Of a stretch of DNA of 64,000 bases, positions 9,466 through 17,863 are shown in pieces. Every line of letters starts with the position of its first letter. Position 1 is the stretch's first letter. The notes under the pieces are model-generated. The model did not search any database. It had not been told where the DNA came from and worked only from the letters and a program-made list of their open reading frames with translations. A program made the position numbers and the translations under genes. The DNA is from Candidatus Aenigmatarchaeota archaeon (GTDB lineage Archaea > Aenigmatarchaeota > Aenigmatarchaeia > QMZP01), in NCBI GenBank assembly GCA_026397335.1, contig JAPLVB010000048.1, forward strand, positions 136 to 64,135, given 5' to 3'.

Positions 9466-9825
9466 ATGAAATGTAAAGAAAAAATCCAGATAACCGAGGA
9501 AGCAAAAATTGAACCGTATCAGTACAAGGAGATTTCTCAGTTCAAAAAGGAGGACAGGGTCAGACTGGAGTGCTATAACAAAGAATGTTTTGGCATTTTC
9601 GCTTACGCTGTTCTTGCTGATGATGGAGAATCCGTGCACCCGAGTTTCAAAGGCAACGGCAGATTCCACTGGACACACATAAAAAGCCCCAAGGCCAAAT
9701 CTTTCTATTTGTCTGAACCATACAGGTGCAAAGGATGCGGAACATTGTTTGATAAAGCGATTGTTGTTCAAGAACCGCTTTTCAAAGATTTTGTAAAATT
9801 TGGGTATGACCCGGAGCCTGCTTAG
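9466..9825 (+). CDS. Hypothetical Cys-containing (zinc-ribbon-like) protein
   Basis: CYNKEC and CKGCG Cys pairs; no family recognised. Confidence 0.3.
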   Translation: MKCKEKIQITEEAKIEPYQYKEISQFKKEDRVRLECYNKECFGIFAYAVLADDGESVHPSFKGNGRFHWTHIKSPKAKSFYLSEPYRCKGCGTLFDKAIVVQEPLFKDFVKFGYDPEPA

Positions 9826-9833
9826 AATTAATT

Positions 9834-10856
9834 CTAATTTTCCTTCCTGGCTGCAGCCCACTGGACCAGGGAGCGGACGAAATCCTGGTATGTTTTCCCC
9901 GTGGCGAAGAAGGAGCGCATGAATCCTGCCTTGGGGGAGATGTCCGGGTTCGCGTTCACTTCCAGGACGTGCGGCCTTCCATTTGAGTCAAGCCTGAAGT
10001 CAACCCTCGCATAGTCCCTGAAGCGGAATATTTCAGCGCACTTTATTGCAGTTCTCTTTATCTTTTCCTCGAGATTCTTTTCAATCTCCGCGGGGCATTT
10101 CACAGGGGTGTTTTTGTATTCCTCGCTATCCTCCAGCCATTTCGCATTGTAATCCGTGATTTTTGGCTTACCTTCAGGGAAGTTCTCAAAAACTATTTCG
10201 GATATAGGGAGAATCTCGATTTCGGGATAGTTGCCGAAGAGGGAAACGTGGAACTCGCGGCCTTCGAGATACTCCTCCACGAGCGCGGGCTGCTTGAATT
10301 TGTCCAGAACGAAAGCGACCCTTTTTTCAAGATCCTCTTTGCTGTTCACAACAGCTCCGGAGTCTATCCCGAAGCTCCCGTCCTCATTATTTGGCTTCAC
10401 AATCGCGGGAAATTTGAGCGGGTAGGATATTTTTTGGGAGGAGTGGTAAATCCGGTATCTTGGAGTTGGTATGCCCTCCCTGACAAGTATGTGCTTCGTC
10501 TTCTGCTTGTCATTCGTCATTATCAGGCCGAATATGTCAGAGCCTGTATAAGGAATGTTCAGAAGGTTGAGGATAGCGGGGATGTTTATCTCGTTCTGGC
10601 TGTTCCCGTTTATGTCCTCACAGACGTTGAAGACCATGTCCACGCCGGAATTCTTTACGCGGCTGAAGAATCGCCCAATCGAATATTTCTGGTCCGAGCC
10701 GTTCAGCTCAAGCGGGATTATAACAGGCTCATGACCGAGCGATCTGATGGATTTCCTGAGAGAATTAACATCGTTCTTTATTCCTTCAATTGCGAGAACA
10801 TCATGTTCTGTTCTGCACTTCTTCCCCCCCTTGTCATAAATTATTCCGACTCTCAT
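9834..10856 (-). CDS. ATP-grasp enzyme of the D-alanine--D-alanine ligase family
   Basis: Ddl-like layout: N-terminal domain, then an ATP-grasp core with an EEYLEGREF-type motif and RVDFRLDSNGRPHVLEVNANP. Confidence 0.65.
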   Translation of the reverse strand: MRVGIIYDKGGKKCRTEHDVLAIEGIKNDVNSLRKSIRSLGHEPVIIPLELNGSDQKYSIGRFFSRVKNSGVDMVFNVCEDINGNSQNEINIPAILNLLNIPYTGSDIFGLIMTNDKQKTKHILVREGIPTPRYRIYHSSQKISYPLKFPAIVKPNNEDGSFGIDSGAVVNSKEDLEKRVAFVLDKFKQPALVEEYLEGREFHVSLFGNYPEIEILPISEIVFENFPEGKPKITDYNAKWLEDSEEYKNTPVKCPAEIEKNLEEKIKRTAIKCAEIFRFRDYARVDFRLDSNGRPHVLEVNANPDISPKAGFMRSFFATGKTYQDFVRSLVQWAAARKEN

Positions 10857-11260
10857 TTCTGGTTTATGAAAATATTTTAAAGTTTTTCCAATTGTAAATG
10901 CTGAATTTCTGGTTTTGAAAGAACTAATATATTATTTATTGTATTTGGTATAAATAAGTTTTTCTTTTTTCACATTGTCCTGCACAAATTTACAACAATA
11001 TTTTATGAAAATAAGAAAATAAAGGGAAAGATTTTTAAGCATATCTGCACAATAGATAGTCATGGATGAAGCCGCAAGCAGATGGGTGCGAATTTTTGGC
11101 GGTTTTAGTTCTAGCTACAGGTATTTCTATTTTTACTGATGATCCCGCACCTTTTTCGGGATTGTCTGCAATTTCTACAAATAGAGGGATAATCCTGTTT
11201 TCTGGTCCGGGCTTCTGCGGTTAGATTTACCTGCAGCGCTAAAAAAGAAAGAGGTGGAAA

Positions 11261-11446
11261 ATGACAGAAAAAATCCAGACGGATCTGAAGGAAAACACAA
11301 ATTTGATTATACCGGGAAGGTGCGAACATATAGATTACTGTGTTAAGTTGAGGGTTGTTACAAAAGACTGTTATGACTGTAAAGAGTGCAGAGCAAAAAA
11401 TACTTTCAGTAAACATGGTTATGGGGAGATTCTCCTGGGGTTCTAG
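11261..11446 (+). CDS. Hypothetical small Cys-rich protein
   Basis: 61-aa ORF with a CxxC..C pattern; weak. Confidence 0.2.
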   Translation: MTEKIQTDLKENTNLIIPGRCEHIDYCVKLRVVTKDCYDCKECRAKNTFSKHGYGEILLGF

Positions 11447-11454
11447 CGAACCCT

Positions 11455-11670
11455 TTACTCTTCCCTGCTGCTTGGCAGGTCTGTGCTCTCTGAAAGCTCC
11501 TCAACGCGCCGCTTGATGAGCCTTTCTATCTCGCTCGAGATTTTCAGCTCCTTCAGGACGCAGAGTGCCTTGAATTTCAGAAAAAGGTCCTTTTCGATTT
11601 CTATGGTGGTAGTTATGGTTTCAGGCTTCTGTTCCGGCTTCTCTTCCTGCTCGTCCTCTTCATGGACCAT
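11455..11670 (-). CDS. Hypothetical small acidic protein (possible ribbon-helix-helix)
   Basis: 71-aa ORF with an acidic N-terminus followed by a helical K/E-rich segment. Confidence 0.25.
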   Translation of the reverse strand: MVHEEDEQEEKPEQKPETITTTIEIEKDLFLKFKALCVLKELKISSEIERLIKRRVEELSESTDLPSSREE

Positions 11671-11772
11671 GGGATTTTCTTGGATTTCGGGTTTAAAAAG
11701 TTAACTATGTAAGGAAAAAGCCTGTTTTTACATAGGGGTATATAAATAGGTTCATATATAAATATAGTTTGT

Positions 11773-11794
11773 ATTGGTGATTGAAGGCGGCGAA
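11773..11794. repeat. Degenerate repeat copy R5: GAAGGCGGC-GAA-GCCGGCTTTT
   Basis: Seen directly; right arm imperfect. Confidence 0.5.
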
Positions 11795-12002
11795 GCCGGC
11801 TTTTCTCCAAGAATCTCCCGGGCGCCTTATAAGGGCGGCTCTTAGTTCTCTCCTTAGCACATGTGAATATGGATACTTACATATCGGTAGAGCATGGCAG
11901 GGTACATACAGCCTACCAGTATCTATCGAGTACGAACGAAAGCGAGAGCAATATCCCCACCTATAGCGGAGCCCCCGCCTCCCGATTGGAACGTGCAGTC
12001 GC

Positions 12003-14279
12003 ATGCGGTCGGGTGGAGGTATGGATAATACGCAAATCAAGGTTGATGAGCCTAGGAAGAATGAATGCGAAGCTTACCGGGTAGTTTTGCTGGACGGGGA
12101 GAGGAAAAAAGGCGAGATCAAAGACGTCAGGATTGTAAGGCTGGGCGGCCCAGAAAATAGGTATGTGAAAAGGGAGCCAGGGAAGGACAAATCGGCGGAA
12201 GGCGCTGCGCAGCGCCTTCAATCGAAGGTCGCGGTTCCTGAAATTCCAAGGGCAGCGGCTGTATCCAAAAAAAAGGGCGGCGTGCGGGTAATAGATTTGA
12301 AGAAGGCTTCCGAGAAGGAGGCCGAGAAGGCGAAAGCGAAAGCGGATTCTAAGGCAGAGGAAGAGAAGCGTCTCAGGCGCGATTTGAACAATTCCATAGC
12401 AGAGGGCTCATTCACAACCGCATCAAGCAGCATAGTAAGCTCCTACTCAACCCCCTTTGCGCTGGCGCTTAATGCCTCCAACTCTGAAATCGGGATTCTG
12501 AATTCCGTCCAGAACCTTGCCGGAATTCTTTCGCAGCTTCCTGGCGCAAGGCTCACAAAAAGCATGACCAGGAAAAAAATCTGGGTAATGTGCACCATCC
12601 TTTCCAGGCTGTTCCTGATACCGCTTATATTCATAGGGCTCTTCGCACCTTCCACAGAGATATGGCTGCTGATAATTCTCCTTGGGATGGTTGGCTTCTT
12701 TAGCAGCATGAGAGGGCCCGCATGGTCAAGCATGATGGGCGACCTCGTGCCTGTGGAAAGGAGAGGAAGATACTTCGGCAAAAGGAACATGATAATAGGG
12801 TTTGCAGGCATGGTTGCCACGCTTGGGGCAGGAGCTGCCGTATTCTACTTTGGGTTTCCTGTGATTTTTGGAATAGCCGTTGTCCTCACTTTCATATCCA
12901 TAATATTCTTTTTGCGCATAAGAGAACCAGAACTTAAACAGGAGAGAGAATATCACTACAGGCTGCATTTCCACCCGAGCGATTTAATCTACCAGATAAA
13001 GACGAACAGAAATTTCGCAATCTTCACCATCTACATGACTGTGGTGAACTTTGGTGTCAATATAGCGTCACCCTTTGCTGCTGTATATATGCTCAAGAAC
13101 CTGGATATAGGTTACGCATGGTTTGCAGTGCTGGTTACAATAGGCGCTCTGGCCCAGCTGCTTTCAATGAAATACTGGGGAAACAGGTGCGACAATTACG
13201 GGAACCGCAAGATCCTTGTGATATCCGGAATCCTGATATGCTTCGTTCCCCTAGGCTACATGCTTTCCACGAATGTTTTCCATCTTATACTCCTGAAGGT
13301 ATATGACGGGTTCGTATGGGGCGCTTTCGACCTGGTGGTGTTCAACTACCTGCTTGCCGTCACGCCTTCAGAGAAGAGGCCCGGATTCGTGGCAAACCAC
13401 AATTTCATTACAGGTGCGGGAACTGTCACAGGGGCGTTATTCGGGGCATTCCTGGCCCAGCAGTTCGAAACAAGCAGCTTCATGCTGTTCTATGGCCTCC
13501 AGCTGGTATTCCTGATATCCTTCATCCTCAGGCTAAGCTCCATATCCTTCCTGTCCAGGATAGCAGAGGTGGAGAAGAAGGAGAGCGAGCGCATTCCTGT
13601 GAGATATGTGTTCTGGGACACGGTTGCAATAGGCCCTGCAAAGGGAGTGGAGCATGCCGTGAGCAGCGCCTTCCGCTACCCTTACGGGGTTAAGATTAAA
13701 AGCAAGCTCGGACTAAATAATAACAGAAAAATAAAGCTCTCAACAAAAAAATTTGAGTCAGGGAACTCGCAAAAGCAGCGAATGAAGGTGAACGAAAGAA
13801 AGAAGGTGGAACTGGAGAACGAGACACCTTCAGGCAATAAGCCACCTTCAATCACAAATCACGTTCCAGCGAAGGTGTTTGATCATATAGGTGTCCTTCC
13901 GGTTAAAAAGCAAAAGATTGCGGGCGGATTCAGTCAAGAAAATGGGGTGTTTGAAATGGTATTAGGCAATAGGCAAAAACAGAAATCTGATGATAGAAGC
14001 GAATATGTTGAGCTTGGACTTGAGAGGCAGGCTCCCAAAACAGCGAAGATAGTGGTTCACCATCTCCAGAGGTTCTCGGAGACGGACAAGATTGTGAAGA
14101 GTATCCGCGCGAAAAACATTGTTTTCGTGGGGCTCAAGACCATGAAGCAGACCAATCTGGACGAGCTCAAGCAGGCAGTCGCAAAGATAAACAGGGCATG
14201 CATAGAGAACGGCTCGAACCTTTCGCTCGTGGAGGAGGAGTGGCTGATAATCACGCCTCAGACGGCGGCGATTGTTTAA
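12003..14279 (+). CDS. Fusion ORF joining a multi-pass (about 10-12 TM) transporter-like membrane domain to a SepF-like (DUF552) cell-division domain. The N-terminal ~187 codons are doubtful and a plausible alternative start is at 12564.
   Basis: The TM-rich core carries a GDLVPVERRGRYFG segment that resembles an MFS loop 2-3 motif, but this is weak. The last ~80 aa (KIVVHHLQRFSETDKIVKSIRAKNIVFVGL...WLIITPQTAAI) match the SepF core pattern. The linker at 13784-13855 contains a degenerate repeat copy. An in-frame ATG at 13782 could start a stand-alone 166-aa SepF if an unseen frameshift or stop exists. Confidence 0.5.
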   Translation: MRSGGGMDNTQIKVDEPRKNECEAYRVVLLDGERKKGEIKDVRIVRLGGPENRYVKREPGKDKSAEGAAQRLQSKVAVPEIPRAAAVSKKKGGVRVIDLKKASEKEAEKAKAKADSKAEEEKRLRRDLNNSIAEGSFTTASSSIVSSYSTPFALALNASNSEIGILNSVQNLAGILSQLPGARLTKSMTRKKIWVMCTILSRLFLIPLIFIGLFAPSTEIWLLIILLGMVGFFSSMRGPAWSSMMGDLVPVERRGRYFGKRNMIIGFAGMVATLGAGAAVFYFGFPVIFGIAVVLTFISIIFFLRIREPELKQEREYHYRLHFHPSDLIYQIKTNRNFAIFTIYMTVVNFGVNIASPFAAVYMLKNLDIGYAWFAVLVTIGALAQLLSMKYWGNRCDNYGNRKILVISGILICFVPLGYMLSTNVFHLILLKVYDGFVWGAFDLVVFNYLLAVTPSEKRPGFVANHNFITGAGTVTGALFGAFLAQQFETSSFMLFYGLQLVFLISFILRLSSISFLSRIAEVEKKESERIPVRYVFWDTVAIGPAKGVEHAVSSAFRYPYGVKIKSKLGLNNNRKIKLSTKKFESGNSQKQRMKVNERKKVELENETPSGNKPPSITNHVPAKVFDHIGVLPVKKQKIAGGFSQENGVFEMVLGNRQKQKSDDRSEYVELGLERQAPKTAKIVVHHLQRFSETDKIVKSIRAKNIVFVGLKTMKQTNLDELKQAVAKINRACIENGSNLSLVEEEWLIITPQTAAIV
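12198..12219. repeat. Repeat copy R6: GAAGGCGCTG-CG-CAGCGCCTTC (perfect 22-nt palindrome) followed by aatcg
   Basis: Seen directly. It lies inside the annotated N-terminal extension of the ORF at 12003-14279. Confidence 0.75.
13784..13855. repeat. Degenerate repeat copy R7 inside the transporter-SepF linker: gaaggtgaacgaaagaaagaaGGTGG...CACCTTC...ccaccttcaatca
   Basis: Near-identical to 24904-24950 (gaaggcgaacgaaagaaagaaggtgcacagcaccttcaatcg). Confidence 0.6.
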
Positions 14280-14415
14280 TGGGAAATTGGCAGAATATCA
14301 TTCCTTAATCCATTTCACAGAAAACCAAAACAGTATGAGAATACTGACAGAACTGCTTCTATATGTAGGCGATTCTGTGTTTGGTTTTTTTAAAGTTATC
14401 CTCTAATTATCCTCA

Positions 14416-14595
14416 TGCATGAGAAAGAGATTATAGTTACTGGCTATTCAGGAAATACGATTCAGTTCCTCGATCCTGAGGAAGGAAATGAATTATGCTA
14501 TACATCAGAACGTTTTCTGAAATATTTGAAAGAAAACTTTGATGTCGGAAAAGACATTGTAATAAGGGGCATACCTGGGGACTTATCTTTCTGAA
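14416..14595 (+). CDS. Hypothetical small protein of 59 aa
   Basis: Manual translation: MHEKEIIVTGYSGNTIQFLDPEEGNELCYTSERFLKYLKENFDVGKDIVIRGIPGDLSF. Below the ORF-track cutoff. Confidence 0.2.
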
Positions 14596-14690
14596 GTGCT
14601 AAATCACCAGCACACCCCACGCAACCAGCGCCTTCTCTATAAGGTTTATGGCTACGGCTGGCCTGTACAGGATTTATAACCTTCTGAATA
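14591..14690 (-). pseudogene. Diverged duplicate (about 75% identity over about 90 nt) of the 3-prime end of the marC-family gene at 15386-15480
   Basis: Direct alignment: gtgctaaatcaccagcac...ccacgc.ac.ag.gc.tt.tctat.agg.ttatggc... appears at both 14598-14685 and 15388-15475. Confidence 0.5.
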
Positions 14691-14713
14691 CTATTTAATT
14701 AATGGAGGCATCC

Positions 14714-15028
14714 ATGAAAAGCAAAGACAAGCTTTATCTTGACAGGGCCTCAATTCTTTCGGTCCTGAAGCAGAACAGGGATATCCTGAGGCAGTTCGGC
14801 CTCAAAAGGATAGGCCTCTTTGGATCCTACCTGAAAGGGGAGAGCAATCCGGACAGCGACATCGACTTCATTGTGGCGTTCAACAAAACCACGTTTGACA
14901 ATTACATGGATCTGAAATTCGCTCTGGAAAGGATTTTCAAGAGAAAGGTGGATCTTGTTATTGAGGGCAGCCTAAAGCCCGCCTTAAAGCATGTGAAAAA
15001 GGAAGCGGCCTATGCCAAAGGAATATAG
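14714..15028 (+). CDS. Minimal nucleotidyltransferase (MNT) of an MNT/HEPN toxin-antitoxin pair
   Basis: GLFGSYLKGESNPDSDIDFIV (GS-x9-DxD Pol-beta NTase motif). Confidence 0.8.
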   Translation: MKSKDKLYLDRASILSVLKQNRDILRQFGLKRIGLFGSYLKGESNPDSDIDFIVAFNKTTFDNYMDLKFALERIFKRKVDLVIEGSLKPALKHVKKEAAYAKGI

Positions 15029-15350
15029 GATCTACCTGGAAGACATACTGAGCTGCATTGGCAATATAGAAGAGTATTCAAAAGGGCTCTCATTCTCACA
15101 GTTCAGCAAAGACCAGATGAGGATAGATGCCGTGATAAGAAACCTGGAGATAATAGGGGAGGCTGTAAAGAAGCTTCCGGACGAATTCAGAAAGGATTAT
15201 CGCGATGTCGAGTGGGCCAAGATATCCGGCCTTAGGGACATACTGATACACGAGTATTTCGGCGTGAACCTGGAAATCATATGGGATGTTGTCTCAAACA
15301 AGATTCCAGACCTCAAGAAGAGCGTGAAGAAGATAATGACAGAGATCTGA
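15012..15350 (+). CDS. HEPN-domain protein (DUF86), partner of the upstream MNT
   Basis: RDILIHEY (R-x4-H HEPN motif). Overlaps the MNT gene. Confidence 0.8.
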   Translation: MPKEYRIYLEDILSCIGNIEEYSKGLSFSQFSKDQMRIDAVIRNLEIIGEAVKKLPDEFRKDYRDVEWAKISGLRDILIHEYFGVNLEIIWDVVSNKIPDLKKSVKKIMTEI

Positions 15351-15397
15351 CGCCTGCCTCATCCTATACCTTTTTCTTTCCTGAAAGCGGAGCGATG

Positions 15398-15991
15398 CTA
15401 AATCACCAGCACGTGCCACGCCACAAGGGCTTTTTCTATCAGGCTTATGGCAATTGCTGCTGTCAGGATTCCCATTATCCTTGTGAAGATTTTCAGGCCG
15501 TTGTGGCCGATTATCTTGACTATGCGCGTGCTGTAGTAGAGGAAGAAAAAGCACAGGAACATCACGAAAAATATGGCTGCCAGGGTGATTTCAGCTCCGT
15601 ATGTGTGCGTGAAGTAGATGGAGGTGGTTATTGCCCCCGGACCTGCAAGCAGGGGAGTGGCAACAGGAACTATCACATCAGACGGGTCCTTTTCCACGCT
15701 TCTTGTCTTGGGAAGCTCTCCCTTGATGAATTCGAACGAGAGGTAAAGGAGCAGGATACCGCCCGCTATCATGAATGCGGGAAGCGAGACGCTCATCCTC
15801 TCGAGGATTGCCGTACCGAAAAGGGAGAAGGCCACCAGAAGGAGGAGGGCAGCTATTGTTGCCTCCAGGGCAGCTTTTTTCTGCTTGGTCCTGTCTGACT
15901 TGCCAAAAAGCACCAGGAATGTCGGTATAGCTATAAGCGGGTCTATTATAACGAACATGGAAACGAAAACGGTGAGGAAATCCAGGGGCAT
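15398..15991 (-). CDS. MarC-family (UPF0056) integral membrane protein
   Basis: About 6 TM segments with an N-terminal FVIIDPLIAIPTFL motif characteristic of MarC/NAAT proteins. Confidence 0.75.
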   Translation of the reverse strand: MPLDFLTVFVSMFVIIDPLIAIPTFLVLFGKSDRTKQKKAALEATIAALLLLVAFSLFGTAILERMSVSLPAFMIAGGILLLYLSFEFIKGELPKTRSVEKDPSDVIVPVATPLLAGPGAITTSIYFTHTYGAEITLAAIFFVMFLCFFFLYYSTRIVKIIGHNGLKIFTRIMGILTAAIAISLIEKALVAWHVLVI

Positions 15992-16039
15992 GTATAATAT
16001 TTATCCCTGGCTGTTAAAATAGATTGTGGAAAGAAGCAG

Positions 16040-16435
16040 TTGACAGTTAGCGGTGAACTTATGTCAGAATTCAAACTTGTGGAAAAGCCTGAATGGGGAA
16101 CGCTGGCGACATTCATACCAAACAAGGAGGAACCTGTTTACAACTGGATTTATTACAAGGAGGGTTTCGCGAGGGAACTTGTGTTCAGGCTTGCAGAGAT
16201 GTTCTCGCTCAGAAAGGGTATGCACGTGCTGGACCCGTTCTGCGGGGTAGGGACAACCCTTCTCGCGTGCAAGCAGCTGGGCCTGGATTCATTCGGATTT
16301 GATGTGCACCCTGTGAGTGTCTTTTCCTCAAAGGTCAAGATCAGGGATTATGAGACTAGCGTTCTAAGGAGCGAGATAAAGTCCCTTATCAAGGCAAAAT
16401 TCGTCCCAGGGATTTCCTTCTGCTTGGGCTCATGA
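16040..16435 (+). CDS. SAM-dependent amino-methyltransferase, N-terminal part carrying motif I
   Basis: DPFCGVGTT (FxGxGTT SAM-binding motif I). Confidence 0.5.
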   Translation: MTVSGELMSEFKLVEKPEWGTLATFIPNKEEPVYNWIYYKEGFARELVFRLAEMFSLRKGMHVLDPFCGVGTTLLACKQLGLDSFGFDVHPVSVFSSKVKIRDYETSVLRSEIKSLIKAKFVPGISFCLGS

Positions 16436-17109
16436 ATGTGGCTGTCAAATGCAGCTATGCATACAAGGACGGGGCCGTGATAAAGGTGAGAAAGAAGCCG
16501 GTCCCTCCTATAAGAGACATGCTAAGAAGGCAGCTTTTCCATATGGTGAAAGATATTGAGAACTTCAAGTCTGAGAAGTGCGAGACCTTTGCTGATTTCG
16601 GGGATGCGCGCTCTCTTGCGCTCGAATCCGAGAAGATAGATTGCGTGATAACCTCCCCTCCTTACCTTAACAAAATAGAATATACAAAGGTTTATGAGAT
16701 AGAGCAGGAGCTTTTCCTGAACCGCATACAGGAGAGGCCGGCCATCCGCTCTTATATAGGCCTCTCTCTCCAGAGGCTTGAGAAGAACTCCTTGGGCCTT
16801 GAGAAAGCGCTTGATTATGGAACAGTGAGAAGCCTGCCGCCGGAATCAGTACCTTACCTGATGGACATGTTCCAGGCAATAGAGGAGATGTACAGGGTGT
16901 GCAGGAAGGGAGCGAAAATTGGGATTGTCGTAGGTAATGGATGCTTCCCGACAGGAGTGGTAGACTCGGACATACTCCTGAGCAGGATGGCTGAAAGCAT
17001 TGGCTTTACAGTCCAGAAAATCCTTGTCCTGAACAAGCGCTGGTGCACAAGGAACCGGACGGAGAAGATTGGAATAACAAGAGAAAGTCTTCTTCTGTGG
17101 GAGAAATAG
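16432..17109 (+). CDS. SAM-dependent amino-methyltransferase, C-terminal part carrying motif IV
   Basis: VITSPPYLN ((S/D/N)PPY catalytic motif IV). The ATGA overlap with the upstream ORF is in a different frame. Confidence 0.5.
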   Translation: MNVAVKCSYAYKDGAVIKVRKKPVPPIRDMLRRQLFHMVKDIENFKSEKCETFADFGDARSLALESEKIDCVITSPPYLNKIEYTKVYEIEQELFLNRIQERPAIRSYIGLSLQRLEKNSLGLEKALDYGTVRSLPPESVPYLMDMFQAIEEMYRVCRKGAKIGIVVGNGCFPTGVVDSDILLSRMAESIGFTVQKILVLNKRWCTRNRTEKIGITRESLLLWEK

Positions 17110-17757
17110 CTACCTGAGATGGAAAAGCTTTTCCCACAGCCGCTTGTTATAAACCTTTCCTATCATCCACCCGAAAACAAAGCCGCCTATGTGCGCGAAG
17201 AAGGCTATTCCGCTCCCTTCCCCTCCCAAAAGGCTTATTCCCCCGAAAACCAGCTGGAGGATAAACCAGAATCCTATGATGAACAGGGCAGGCATCTCAA
17301 ATGTCTGGTAGAAGGGGCCTATGGCCTTCACCTTAACCTTCGGGAAAACCGCTATGTATGCCCCCAGCACTCCTGATATCGCGCCTGAAGCCCCGATGGC
17401 AGGAACAGCTGAGAAAGGACCTGACACATAGTGCATAAGGGCTGCGAATATCCCTGCAGACAGATAGAATATTGAGTATTTCACCCTTCCGAACTTGTCT
17501 TCCACATTATCCCCGAAAAGCCAGAGGTACCACATGTTCCCGACTATATGGTCTATACCTCCATGCAGGAACATGGAAGTGATTATGGTGAGGAAAGAGA
17601 ATTCCATTGGCGTGAAGCCATACTGGATTATTATGTTATCGAAGTTGGAAAGGCTCCAGATAAAAATTGCCACATTCAGGACAATAAGGGAAACCGTCAC
17701 GAAAGGGAACTTGCTGGACTGGTTCTCGTCTTTGTACGGGAAGAACTGGCCTTTCAT
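17110..17757 (-). CDS. Rhomboid-family intramembrane serine protease
   Basis: GASGAISGVLGAY (GxSG catalytic Ser) and AHIGGFVFG (catalytic His); about 6 TM segments. Confidence 0.85.
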   Translation of the reverse strand: MKGQFFPYKDENQSSKFPFVTVSLIVLNVAIFIWSLSNFDNIIIQYGFTPMEFSFLTIITSMFLHGGIDHIVGNMWYLWLFGDNVEDKFGRVKYSIFYLSAGIFAALMHYVSGPFSAVPAIGASGAISGVLGAYIAVFPKVKVKAIGPFYQTFEMPALFIIGFWFILQLVFGGISLLGGEGSGIAFFAHIGGFVFGWMIGKVYNKRLWEKLFHLR

Positions 17758-17804
17758 TAAGTAGAATATGCATGCTGGATTTATAAAATCAGAAGCCCAG
17801 TCCC

Positions 17805-17830
17805 AAGCGTTTCTTATTTTTTAAACGCTT
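17805..17830. terminator. Perfect 8-bp hairpin AAGCGTTT-N10-AAACGCTT with a T-rich loop, immediately downstream of the coiled-coil gene
   Basis: Inverted repeat seen directly; a terminator role is inferred from its position only. Confidence 0.25.
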
Positions 17831-17863
17831 TCCAAACGCTTCATTCAGGCTTCGGATTGATTC

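Noticed and set aside
11186-11215. GGTCCGGGCTTC string resembling the RNase P RNA P4 segment (AGTCCGGGCTCC)
   Set aside because: It is an isolated 10-12-nt resemblance in an AT-rich spacer. I could not assemble the complementary P4 strand or other conserved regions by eye, which is insufficient for an ncRNA call.
12003-12563. First 187 codons of the transporter-SepF ORF
   Set aside because: They contain a perfect 22-nt palindrome of the repeat family and read as low-complexity K/E/A-rich; probably upstream non-coding sequence. Kept only as an alternative start.
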